Below, piece by piece: positions 51,108 to 63,139 of a stretch of 64,000 bases of DNA. Source of the DNA: Anolis carolinensis (lineage: Eukaryota); assembly GCF_035594765.1 (NCBI RefSeq), contig NC_085842.1, positions 240,757,747 through 240,821,746 of the forward strand, written 5' to 3'. Numbering within the stretch: position 1 is the stretch's first letter; each line of letters opens with the position of its first letter. The notes below the pieces were generated by a model. The model was not told the DNA's origin. It saw only the letters and a program-made list of their open reading frames with translations, and ran no database searches. Both the position numbers and the translations under genes were made by a program.

Positions 51108-51215
51108 GTAAGCAAGTGAGTTCTTTTAATTTTGAAACTGAATTTCCCATGACTCCCTAGCATTGGGCCATGGCTGTTAAAGTGGTGTCAAACTGCATTA
51201 ATTCTGGAAAAACAT

Positions 51216-51247
<32 letters not shown>

Positions 51248-51289
51248 TTATTATTTATACCCCACTTTATCTCTCCCGAAGGAGACCTG

Positions 51290-51800
51290 TGTCTTCAGGG
51301 GGAGTGTAACCCCATTCAGCACTGGCTAAATCTCTATTTACTTCTCTGCCTTCTGACTGACCAGGAGTATCTCTGTCTTGTCTGGATTATGTTTCAATTT
51401 GTTTGCCCTCATCCAGTCCATTACTGGTTTAGGATCATAATGGCTTCCTTGGCTTTAGGTAGAATAAGTATTAGAGCATCTGCATATACTGTAGGTGGCA
51501 CCACACTCCAAAACTCTGGATGACCTCTCCCAGCACTTTCATGTATATGTTAAATAGCATGGGAGATAAAATGGAACCTAGAGGAACGCCACAGTTCAAT
51601 GGCCAGGGGTTCAAACAAGAGTCCCCCAACACCTTCTTTTGGGTACAAACCCCCAGAAAGGACTGGATCCACTGTAAAACAGAGCCTACCAGCTCCATCC
51701 TAGTGAGACAACCAAGAAGGATATCATGGTCAATGGTATCGAACGCTGCTGAGAGGTCCAGGAGAGTCAACAGGGACACACTCCCCCTGTCTAGCTCTCT
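51290..51800 (-). mobile_element. L2-clade LINE RT fragment
   Basis: LLDLSAAFDTIDH, GVPLGSILSPMLFNIYM, YADA. Confidence 0.85.
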
Positions 51801-52361
51801 AGATTATCCATTTCATTTAGAAAGCTCTGGAGTTGGGAAGATCTTGCTCTCCATTCTGAAAAAAACAAACAAAACCTGCCTGCAGCTTGCAGGTGGTGTA
51901 TGTTACACCTAAATTGTGTAACTTTCTGAGTTTCCCTACTGCTTTGAAGCAAAATATATCATTTATTGTTTTCTTGTGAATATTGGTTTGCTTGGAAGCA
52001 GCAAGCCCAGATCTTGGATTTGACTATGTTTAGGTCAAAGCATATCATAGAATAGCACTAGAGAACTAGAAAGGCCCACAAAGAATTATAGGTGGAAATC
52101 TTTATTGGGCCTTGGATAGATGTGACAGTGGATATTGAATCCACGGATAAGGGGCCAAGCTGTATATTCCTCCTTTTTTTGGCAACCAGATTGTGTGATT
52201 TGTATACATCTGGAAAATTCCCATTTGTGGAGAGCAACTCAAACTCTATGACATGCATATTTGAAGGAACCAGCAACAAAATATGATATTTCTGGACAAT
52301 GTGTCAGCCAAATGTCAGCCAAAATCTGTCCATTGAGTAGTAGTTTTTGTTACTTTCCCAG

Positions 52362-52564
52362 CACCTAAACAGAAGATTTCATAGCCTTGATGGCCACTTG
52401 GAAAAAAGTGATTCCGGAATATGGATTAATGGACTTGATTATGCTGGAATGTCTCATATTACTCCTCATATACCTGAACTCAATGACTCCATTAGAACAA
52501 AATGTGATGAAGACTCACCACTTTGTGGCTTACCATGGATCCTTCCTGTGGACTATTTATTGAG
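52362..52564 (+). CDS. ERMP1: ERMP1 exon 12
   Basis: [11 protein letters not shown]...[11 protein letters not shown]...[15 protein letters not shown]; 203 nt. Confidence 0.95.
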
Positions 52565-52716
52565 GTTGGTAGTGACTTCTCGTTGAAACACATTGTTATA
52601 TTTTTAAAGGAGGCTATCAGGTTTTCTAGATAGAAAACTTCCTGAAAATCAATTGTTGCCTTCAAAGCTAAGCAGTTAACTAATTACGTTTCAATTAGGA
52701 TAGGGAGAAAATTAAC

Positions 52717-52835
52717 ATCAGATCTGGTCTGATCTTGGATGCTAAGCAGGATCAGTCCTGATGAATTAGGAATGACCAATCAATACCAAGCACTGCAGTC
52801 TATATTTCAGAGAAAGGTAATGGCAAAACCTCTCT
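52717..52835 (+). mobile_element. 5S rRNA-derived SINE fragment
   Basis: GATCTGGTCTGATCTTGGATGCTAAGCAGGATCAGTCCTG resembles 5S GATCTCGTCTGATCTCGGAAGCTAAGCAGGGTCGGGCCTG; followed by non-5S body. Confidence 0.65.
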
Positions 52836-53069
52836 TATGTGCACACAGATAAACCTACAGTGAATCTAGGAACCTGCCGAAAGCTTTATCAGGGTGAGAT
52901 GTGGTTAGATACAGACCAAAATTACCAAAAACAAAAATTTAGATGGCCAGATGTACAACTTCCAATTTAGTTTTTGTTTGTTTGAGTATTTGAGGGGAGA
53001 GGGTATACTGCACAGCTCCCTAAATCAGCAATCAGTTGTTTCCTGCTCTCTAGCTTTTTAATATACTAC

Positions 53070-53525
53070 CTTTCTCCTGGGATGTAATCCTAATTAAACA
53101 AATAATCCCAGAAGTATCCAATGATATAAAAATATGATGGTAAAGGTAAAAATACAGCACACACCCATGATAAAATGGTTCCTTGCAACTGATTAAGCAG
53201 TGAATATTTGTTTGAATAAAAAGTACTTTCCCTGCCAGGAAATGGAAAACAGAGGGGAGCAGCCTGGCCTCCTGTGAAAGTGAATTCCACAGACTGGGTG
53301 CAGCTATTAAGAAGCTCTCTCTCATTTCCTAACCATACAATCCTGTGAGGTTGGTGGGGCCCAGAAAAAGCCCTCTCATGTGGATTTTAGGACTCTGGCA
53401 GGTTCACATAGAGAGAAATAGTTCAGATAATCTGGAGCTAAGGTGTGCAGGCTTTACAGGTCATAATCCGTACTTTGAATTATATCTGTAAATGGTAGGC
53501 AGTAAAGCTATTTCAATAAGGAGTT
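53070..53525 (-). mobile_element. Degenerate L2 LINE 3' fragment
   Basis: RESFLIAAPSLWNSL motif. Confidence 0.6.
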
Positions 53526-54924
53526 AAATTTAGGTTCAGGATGAAGAAGGAATCCATTCTGCAAGGACATGGTGTTCCCTGGCAGTTGTTTGTTGTCTAT
53601 TATCTGATGCCAGTTAACTAAAGCATAAAATCCCAGTTTAGTCAAAACCTGCCTTTGTTGTCATGCAGTGTCCTTCCTTCTTTAGAAGTTAAATTTAGTG
53701 TTATCTTTTCAGCACAATTGCATTTGCAAGCAGTGTGTTCATTCCAGAGTTGTCAAACATGTGGCCCTCCAGGTAATTAGGACTCCCAACTCCCAGAAAC
53801 CCTAGTCAGTTTGTCCAATGGTCAGGAATTCTGGGAGCTAAAGTCCGAAACACCTGGAAAGTCACAAGTGTGGCACCACTCATAGTCCAAGGTGCTGGTA
53901 CCTATGGCCCTCCTGCTGCTGTTACATCCCTGTTCCTATCATGATGGGAGTAGCATTTCATAATCAGTTCCCCAGTCTGCCTCATCCTGATCAGATTTAT
54001 GAAACTTAGCAAAAATGTTAGTCAATTAATGTGAAGTATAACCCATCACTTATCAGAACTCCCATCTTCATGAAACCACAGACAATGGTCCAAGGAGTCA
54101 AATCGTTCTCGGTGTCATCCTCTGCAGGGCTAATTGTTGACCATCATTGTTCTTCTCTCCCATCCTGGGCTGTGTCCTTCAGCTGGGAGGAGAGGCAAAA
54201 TGACAATCTGTGCATAGAGATTATTCAGCTTCCTTCCTACCCAGAGTCTCACAGGATTTATGATGCCCTGAAGACTATGCCTTTCAGTGTCATTCAGTGT
54301 CAAGTGGAACAAAAGGAAGAAACAACAATCAATGGACTTGTCAGCCTTTCTGTTAGATCACCGATTTTGCCCCAGGAAGACAGTAGTCTACTCTGAAGAA
54401 AGCAAAACCCAGACAGGCTCATTAACCATATGTGTTACCGTAGGGCTGGGTAACTTTGCAGTGGGAGGAGTTGCATTTGCTTCCTGGGGGATCTTGTAGG
54501 GCTGCACCTGCTCTCACAAAGCAACAACACATTTCTATCATGTTTCAGGTTGCAAAACAGACCTCTTGCTGTGAAAAGGCATTGGCCACTCCCTTTGTCT
54601 ACTTGGTCAACATTCCTATGACTTTTCCAAGGAAAATGGAGAATTTTGGACATATATGAGAGCTCTTATCACCTCAAGGATCTTGTCCATCTTTTTGGGC
54701 CAAACCTGTTAATTTGAAGCCATGATTTCAGTATAATACCATTGATTTAAATTTTATTTTAATATTTATAAGTGTGTGTGTGTGTGTTTATTGGAAACTT
54801 TAAAATTGTGTTGGAAGCCATCTTGCTTCCTTACCCAAGGAACACACTGAGATAAAAATCAAACCAATAAATAATTTGAAGCACTTTAAAATGTTTTGAA
54901 AAGTCACAAAACTTTTTCTTATAG

Positions 54925-55040
54925 AAAGAATTGGTATCTTCCTGCGCCAGCAATTGCTCCCAAAGAACCTATCCGCTTTCAGCTTCTCTCCAAAAAGCAA
55001 ATGCCTCAGGGTTCTACAAAGTTAACCTTTGAAGCGTCAG
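54925..55040 (+). CDS. ERMP1: ERMP1 exon 13
   Basis: KNWYLPAPAIAPKEPIRFQLLSKKQMPQGSTKLTFEAS; 116 nt. Confidence 0.95.
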
Positions 55041-55789
55041 GTGAGTCATGATGGCCATCACTCCTTCCGTTGTGACTTTTCTGTGGGAAATATTCTAGAT
55101 TTGCAATTCTCTTGTAAAACAAGGTACATTGCTCCTCCCTGGTACCTTGTGTTTGGTGAACCTCATGAAAAGCAGAAGTGATCTTCTAGTTTGTAACCTG
55201 GCTGTTCCAGTTGAGGATCTCCACATAATTGGGACCTTGATTGTTCAGGATTGCCAGTTATGTCACCCTCCATGTGAGGAGAGTGACAGAACTTGTGATG
55301 CATGCTGCTTTTCTTGAGATGCGTTAACACTTTTGTTCTTTTGAGCACATTCCTATCAGGTTTATTGATTTATATTTCTCGGTAATTTTTCCATCTGGAA
55401 GCCTTCAAATCATGTTGGTGCATGCTACAAATTATATGGCCATGAGAAGGCTTTAAGATGTTGCTGATTTTGACAAGGAAACACGGCCCCATTTACACTG
55501 CTATATAAAATCCAAATTATCTGCTTTGAACTGGATTTTCTGGTATTGTAGACTCACATAATCCAGTTCAAAGCAGATAATCTGGGTTGTCTGCTTTGAT
55601 ACTTTGAATTATATGGCAGTGTATATCCAGCCAGTGCTGATACTGAGAATTGCCTGATAGAAAAAGCCCAGTCTTTTCACATAACAGCTATTTCTTTTAG
55701 TTACTGGCAATTAAATCATTTCTATCATGTCTCAAGTGGCTGCCAAAGAAAAGCAAATGACATCACCTATCCTCAGATCTACGATTTTA

Positions 55790-56540
55790 GGCCCCTTCTA
55801 CACTGCCATATAAAATCCAGATTATCTGCTTTGAACTGGCTTATATGGCAGTGTATTCCCAGTTCAAGGTTCAGGTTATTACCTATAAAGCCCTAAACCA
55901 GTGGTTCTCAACCTGTGGGTCCCCAGATGTTTTGGCCTTCAACTCCCAGAAATCCTAACCGCTGGTAAACTGGCTGGGATTTCTGGGAGTTGTAGGCCAA
56001 AACACCTGGAGACCCACAGGTTGGGAACCACTGCCCTACATGGTTTGGGTCCTGCTTATCTTTGAGACTGTATCTCTCTACACACCGGCGTGAGCTCTAA
56101 GATCTCTTGCTCCTATCTTCGTCACAAGCACGGTTAGTGGGGACGAGAGAGGGCCTTCGCAATGGTGCGCCCCTCCCCCCATCTCTGGAACCCTCTCCCC
56201 AGGGAGATTAGATTAGCCCCCACCCTATCCGCTTTCCGTAAAGACTTGAAAACCTAGCTGTTCCAACGTGCCTTTGAATAATGGTTTAGCCCGTGATCAT
56301 GGCTACCCAACCCTAATTTAATGTTTTTTTTTTCAGCACTTTATCTTCATCCCCGCCCTATTGCTCTACATTTTGCATAAGCCTGCCTTTTCCTCTCATA
56401 TCTGAACATGGCCACTTTTTCCAGCACTGGTTGTGATATTGATTGCTGTATTTTATTATGTTTTTACTTTTCGGTTTTTAACTGTTTTTAATTATATACC
56501 CCAAGTCCCTTCCGAGAGATGGTGGTGGGTTATAAGAATA

Positions 56541-56573
<33 letters not shown>

Positions 56574-56691
56574 CAGCATCAGCAGTAGTAGTAGTAGTAG
56601 TTGTTGTTGTTATTATATAATCCAATTCAAAGCAGATAATGTGGATTATCTGTTTTGATCATCTGTGCTATATGGCAGTGTAGAAGGGGCC
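55790..56691. mobile_element. Harbinger-like MITE split by L2 3' fragment (~55858-56612)
   Basis: GGCCCCTTCTACACTGCC / TGGCAGTGTAGAAGGGGCC; TSD TTA. Confidence 0.75.
55899..56033. mobile_element. SPIN-like hAT MITE inside L2
   Basis: CAGTGGTTCTCAACC...GGTTGGGAACCACTG; TSD CCCTAAAC/CCCTACAT. Confidence 0.85.
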
Positions 56692-57179
56692 TTAATTTAA
56701 GGCTTGATACATGAGAACTAAGGGGTGAAAGGGGGCTAAATTAAAAAAAACAGGGCGCTATTTTTAATGACTTCTTAGATGGAAATAGTACAGGTGTTGG
56801 AATGGCTGCTGCTGGGCAATGGTTGGGCGATAGTGAAAGGTAATTGTCAATGCTACGTAAGTGATGAAACAAATGCCCCCTTTAGGTGCCCTTGGCATAA
56901 ATAAACCAGTTTGATGGTAGTGTGAGCTTATTTCATTGTTTTTTTTTTTTTTTAAAAAAATCTCCTTTTGAGTTTGCATGTATAGAGTTGCCTGGTTTGC
57001 CTCTTTTTTTAGAAAGTAATGCATGTGGGAAGGTCACTGAAACAAACTACTGAAATATTGGAAAGTTAGCTTCAGGCTGGGAAAAAAAGCATGGCATCTC
57101 CTCAGAACACCCAGAAGAACTTCTTTCTTTTTTTCCTGAGCAGCTTCATGCAAAAATCTGTGTTTGCTTTACTCTTTAG

Positions 57180-57346
57180 GTCCAAGTCACATGTCGCTGT
57201 TCCTTCGGCCACATCAAGGCTCAACTCTTTTCCGGTGGTCTCTTGGGGATGGAACTCCCATGGTGAATGCCATCGACGGGGATTACTTTGTGTTTTATTC
57301 TCATGGGCTCCTGGCCTTGCCGTGGCAGTTTTGGATAGAGTTGAAG
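57180..57346 (+). CDS. ERMP1: ERMP1 exon 14
   Basis: GPSHMSLFLR...WSLGDGTP...DYFVFYSHG...WQFWIELK; 167 nt. Confidence 0.95.
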
Positions 57347-57367
57347 GTGAGGCCATTAACACTAAAG

Positions 57368-57509
57368 CAGGCATGGGCAAACTTTGGGCCTCCCTCCAGG
57401 TGTTTTGGATTTCAACTCCCACAATTCCTAACAGCCAATAGGCTGTTAGGAATTGTGGGAGTTGAAGTCCAAAACACCTGGAGGAAGAGCCAAAGTTTGA
57501 CCATGCCTG
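57368..57509. mobile_element. Palindromic hAT MITE in last intron
   Basis: ~69-bp stem, 4-nt loop; TSD CACTAAAG/CTTTAAAG. Confidence 0.85.
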
Positions 57510-57589
57510 CTTTAAAGTGTAGTGTCATGAGGTTTATTAGTTTAGTGGGCAGATTTGACATAACGATTTTGTTCTTTTCTGCCTTTCAG

Positions 57590-57754
57590 GTCTCGGATGA
57601 GAACACTAGAGGGATGGTGACCCTTGCTATAGTTACCCATTATTTATTTGGGGACGATCAGAAGTCTCCTCAATTACATGCCTTAATAGACAGATTCCCC
57701 AACTGGACATTTCCCTCAGGCTGGGTCTCCACTTATGACCAATTTGTCTTTTAA
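57590..57754 (+). CDS. ERMP1: ERMP1 exon 15 (terminal coding)
   Basis: VSDENTRGMVTLAIVTHY...FPNWTFPSGWVSTYDQFVF-TAA. Confidence 0.95.
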   Translation, partial: VSDENTRGMVTLAIVTHYLFGDDQKSPQLHALIDRFPNWTFPSGWVSTYDQFVF

Positions 57755-59698
57755 TCCAGCAGCAACTCAAAAGCCAGTGGTTGTCCGTACATTGTTGGAT
57801 GTGATTTCTTGTCACATGATGTCTGGGCAAGTTGGAGATGGTATTATTGACAGAAAAATAACTTAGCCACAAGTGTATTTCTATGGCAGCTGAGAACCAT
57901 AAAAAATACTACTATATTTCCTGCTTGGTCAGGAAGGAGGGGATCTCTGGGTATTTTATGCAAAACTATCCCCTTTTTCTCCCACTCAAATGGCCTGTTC
58001 ACCTCTTGTCTGCTTAACATGAAAACTGCTTTTGTTGAAGTGGCATTAGAACAGCCCTCCTGGGCATCTTGCAATAAGAGAGGCTTTGTGCAGAAACTCC
58101 CAAGCACAATGTATAATAATTTCACAGGCTTCAATAACGCTCGTGCTGCCATCCTTTAGTATTGTATTTTCATCTGTCCTAATCCACTAAAGACTGTGCC
58201 TCGGAGACTTTTAACACTGGAGATCATGAAAGTTAAGGAAGAAGTCATGTGATCACAGTTTGGCAGTACTGATGCTCATTTTGTATGCAATCAAAGTCCT
58301 TTAAATTGTAATGCTAGAGAACGTGGTGAGCGGGCTCCAAATTTTGCGTGGTCTGATGGTATTCCTGGGTCCCCCTCCCCTGAACGATTTGTGATTCCTT
58401 CTTTGATCCTTCTACTGCTGTGTCTCTTGCAGTAGAGGCTGGATCAGACCCATCTTCTCTTTGGGAATCCTTGAACATGAAAGCTAGTCACGCAGGTGTC
58501 TGATGCAAGCACATAAGCACTGTTTTATATATTTCTAAGCACTGAGCCACCACTCTGGCCTTCCGTATGCATAAGTGTGAGTGTTTTGTAATTTCGTTAT
58601 GGGTAATCTGTTGAGTAATTGTTGAATTACCGATGACTAACCTTTGTATTATTTATTTGATTTTCTTTGAGGTCTCCACATCGACTCAAAAGTTGTGAGC
58701 TTTTGTGTTGGTTTTGGAAAACTTCCCATGTCTAAATGTCTAGAAAGTGCTTTTATCAAAGAGGTTCAGTTGAGGGTGTCTGAAAGTTTAAGAATGAGTA
58801 TCTGGTAAGGGAATTGCTATGGTTTCCCCTCCTCTCTTGAATTTTAAGACCGTAATCCTGTGGCCTCTGAGAAAGCATCACAGGGACTATAGAGTTTATG
58901 GTGGAGCACTTTCTATGTCCAATTCCAAGAGAGGGGGCCACTTGCTCAAGCCACCTTCTTGCCAATCAGGAAACATTTGTACCCCTTTCCTGACTCCAGT
59001 GTTGATGCTCCAGATGGGCAGAAGAATGGTCTTTTGTGTGTATATTGGGTGGTGGAATCGTACCAATTAATGGTTTGAGACCACAGGACCTGAAGTACCC
59101 GTTTCCTCCAAGTCAACAGCAAGGTACTCAGAAATGTCTTTTCCCCATTTGAAACACTGGGAACGGATGGGGAAGGAAGCAAGGCAGACAGTGTAACCAA
59201 AGGCAAAAAAATTAAAAGGTAAAAAGATACTCTCCTTGTTTTCATGACATCCTCCATGCCATAGAAGTGTTTTATTGTGCAAAAGTAAATTCCAAAGATG
59301 ACAGTTTATGGGGGAAATTATTTCCAAAGCCAGATACATTGACCAAAGCCTCCTTTTCATTCATTCATCTAGAGCAGAAAGGTGGCTGCCAGCAAGTCTC
59401 ATGAACTAGAAGCCATTAAGAAAGGATACAAAAAAGCACACAATGTCTGGTATTGTCTTGTTATGATTGGTGCTGGGATAACTGGGGACCAGGAGCAGGT
59501 TACTTTTTGGATATTGAACAGGAAGAGTTTCTTCTTGTGTGTTGCAGCTCTACCTCCTACATGCCAAACAGCTACTAATTGGCCGGAGATAGTTCTCTGG
59601 AGGCCTTCGTTATATTATTGTTTGTCTGGCAGTTGTCAAGAGATGGATTTCTATGCTCTCCCAGTGTTCAGTAGGATCGTGGCTACTGTGCTTATTAT

Positions 59699-59704
59699 AA
59701 TAAA
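59699..59704 (+). terminator. Candidate proximal ERMP1 poly(A) signal
   Basis: First AATAAA I found after the stop; GT/T-rich sequence downstream. Confidence 0.55.
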
Positions 59705-59828
59705 GTATTTGATATCTATGTGTGATGACAAGATGGTATAGCAAATTTTGTCAAGGAACACTTTATAAGATCTTTGGGAAAACGTTTTTGTTTTCCTCAA
59801 AGATCCCAAACACAAAGAAAGTATCTCA

Positions 59829-59970
59829 GGCTAGATCTGCCTTATATCCCAGGATCTGATCCCAGATTATCTTGTCCTAGATTATCTGGCAGCATAGACT
59901 CATACAATCCAGTTCAAAGCAGATAATCTTGGATAAGATCCTGGGATATAGGGCAGCATAGAATCTAGCC
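59829..59970. mobile_element. Harbinger-like palindromic MITE
   Basis: GGCTAGAT...ATCTAGCC; TSD TCA; same family as 39581. Confidence 0.75.
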
Positions 59971-61181
59971 TCAGATAGCAGCCAGCTCATGCATGTTTCC
60001 CTTTCTCAGATTCTTTTACTGCCCAGTTTCTACTTCTAAGGAGGGAGAAAGTTGTATGTCGTGTGTATAATGTAAAGTGGATCATTCTGCTACAATGAAA
60101 GATGTAACTAGCCAAAATATTCATATGTAAGTTCTTCCATATGTTGCACATATATTCTAACAAATTATGCATATTTTGGTAGAGCACCAGAAGAAGAGCA
60201 GTGCTGGAAAACTAAAATAATCAGATATTAGTTTACACCAAGCTCACTGGGAATATTTTTATGATGTAGGAGCTTTTTCAGGGGAAAAGATAACATCTAT
60301 ATGAAAAGGACAAGGTGAGAAATTTTATGTTTAGACAGCATTTATCTGGAAGCACGTTTCAAACCGTTTTTTGCAAGTGAATCAGCTACTAGTGCTGATA
60401 GTACTTTAGCTTGACTAAGTGGATATATTGTTCCATTTACATAAATTCTCAAGATAACCAATTGTTGTCAGTCTCTCCCCCCCCCCCCCCAAAAAAAAAA
60501 AAGAAGTGACTCTGCCATCTTGGAAAATTCTAATTGCAACTTACAAGCAGGTTTGCAGAAATGCAAATTTCAATATTACATTAAATACCCTATTCCCAGG
60601 CATTTAGCTCTCCCTATCTTTGTGTTTTGCGGTCTTTTCCTGCTTCAAGAAATGCAACCCACATGACATCAGGACACAGACAGTTGTACTTGGCATGATG
60701 GAGTGGGGACACAAATGCAGAGTTCCCCTTGTTTATTGCAATACATCATTTAGCCTTAAATAACAGCATTGCTTTAGGTACTAAATTCAAACACTTGAAG
60801 CAAAGCTGACCAAATGTAGCCTATATTAACATGCATGGAATCCTTGTTTCCAAAGCAGCTGATCTTGCATGCAATATTTTAACTTCTATTTAGAAATGTT
60901 TTCTAGCGAGAAATGAGCTGTGTTGTAGATTGTTTGTCTCTCTTTACGTATTGCTCTATCCATGTGTGCTTAAAATCTCACTGCACTTTATTGTGCAGCT
61001 CTCCAACAAAACAAAGCTTGGAGAATTTCTAAATCTGTTGTACAGAAATGCACAAAGCATCCCATTGTGCCTCTAAACTTTGGTGTGACATTTTTTTAAA
61101 TGACTGCATGATGTATATACAGAAAAAAAGGGGGGGGGGGACCTAAATTTCTCAGTGCATGCTAGGAACATCTGGGCAAAT

Positions 61182-61187
61182 AATAAA
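61182..61187 (+). terminator. Candidate distal ERMP1 poly(A) signal
   Basis: AATAAA after UTR-like sequence; GT-rich downstream. Confidence 0.4.
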
Positions 61188-63139
61188 ATATTTGCTTAAC
61201 TCAGGATGCATCTTTTATTAAGAAGCTGAGTGCCATGTAGGGTGTCTTTTTGGTGAATTCCTGCCTTTTAAAACAATACTTAATTGTTTAAGCACACGGA
61301 TAGTTCTGTCCAGCTTTCCTTGGTTTAAGCATTACACTGAAAGCCCTAAACAGAGTTGTTCAGTTTCAAAGTTCTCATTGACAAAATGAGTCTATGTGGA
61401 CCCCCCCCCCCCAAGTTTACTGCATTTATTACAAAGCTACATTATTTAATTTAGCTTAACTGTGGACTTGGGTTTTTATTGAATTGATCTGTGCTTCTGT
61501 ATAACAGGGTCAGGTTATATTTAGAGGCTCTATAAAACAAAAATAAATGGTGTGATGGAGAAACAGCTCTCTCTATGCTATGATATTTTTCTGTGTGCAA
61601 GAACACTTCTGCACAGAAATTCCAGGTATGAGCTCTCAGCTGCTGTTTAAAGTGTTATATTAGCCGTGCAGTCCTATGTGTCTACTCAGAAATAAATCTC
61701 ATTGAGTTCAGTATGGCTTATTCCCATGTAAATGTCTATAGGATTGCATCTTAAGAACTACAGGCTTACTGACATCTTCTGAAAACTAAGCCATAGTTTA
61801 ACCAGATGTTAGAATTACTATGGAAGAAATTCACAAGAAGCCAAAAGGAAAATGGAATGTATGTAAAGGATAACCAATGCTAAATAAAATAATTTTATGA
61901 ATAAAAATTGTTTTTTATTTAGTCCTCTATTTAGATCAACTTCACTATGAGCAGAATGAAGGATGATATCCACAACTACATTTCCTTTCTGCCATGGGAT
62001 ACTCATATATCTAGCAGAGTGCTGCATAAGGTAGCCATTGAGATAAAATTAATACATACAACATCAGTGAACTTTGCTATATCGCCAAACATTGCTTACA
62101 AGCGAAAGCTGACAGAGCTAGCAGGACATTAATACAGTATTTGCATGTATTTGAAGCATCATTAAAATTGTGTGTGTAGGGTAAAGCTTAAAGCAAGAAA
62201 TCTTAGGGAGATAAGACTCATTTTAGAGGGATAGATGTCTAAGGCACGATAGTGAAGGAAGGATGGCAAAGGTCAAGAGGAGACTTTGACAGCATGATTG
62301 TTGTGATCTTAACAAGGGCAGTTGCCACAGAGGGCAAGAGCAGAGCTGCAAGAAACTCAAATGGTAGTAAATACTACACAGAGGGAGTTGGGGAAACAAA
62401 GGAAATGGAGAGCTCAGCCATTCAGGTGGAGGAGTGTCAAGTAAAAGTAACTTGATGGAAAGATTGTGGCATCTTTGAATATGGTAAAAAGGCACCAGAA
62501 ATATAGATCTGGTCAGAAAGGTGCCAAATAATATAGATTTATAAGTTAATAAAACAAATTTTCGGTTATGTTAAAAATACAGTCTATATGTACTATTATA
62601 AAAGGAGGCAGGCAGGACGTGACCAAAGTGAGAACAAATCGTTGTGGCTGTTAGGATGTGGGCCAGCATGTCAGTATTGCTTTGGAAAAAAACTGGATTG
62701 GGAAAAGTCAAGCAAGATCACTGTGCCCACACTGAAGAGATTCCTCAATGTACCTTGGCAATGGAGCACAAAACTGCAAGAATCTCCATTTAATTTTTGA
62801 CATCGAGTTCTCTCTCACACAAAGGAGGGAGCTCTCAGTGAAATAAAAGCTAAAAGAACAACACCATCAAGATTTAGGAACTGGAAACTATATAGAAGAA
62901 CTTGAGGAAAGTATATTTATAGTTTTTGCACTCAAGGAAAAATACTATTGGACAATTTTGGAGAAACAAGTTGCAGAGGATTCTGCTCATTGGACCCACA
63001 TCATGACAGGTAATGGGGTCTGCTTCATCTCATCACCTTGTTTGTTTGTCTTTGCTCTCTCTTTCTTTATATCTCCATCTTAAAACTCCCCTTTTCTTTA
63101 TATCAAACAAACAAGCAGCTTGGAGGGCTAGGTCATTTT

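Larger units (their letters stand above)
21151..57754 (+). other. ERMP1: ERMP1 gene span (ATG to stop), 15 coding exons, 895 aa M28 multi-pass ER metallopeptidase
   Basis: Exon lengths sum to 2688 nt; phases consistent; motifs CHFDS, ASDDA, GAEE, NLEAAG, YHT present. Confidence 0.96.

Noticed and set aside
62200-63010. Purine-rich stretch possibly from an old LINE
   Set aside because: Too degenerate to assign by eye.
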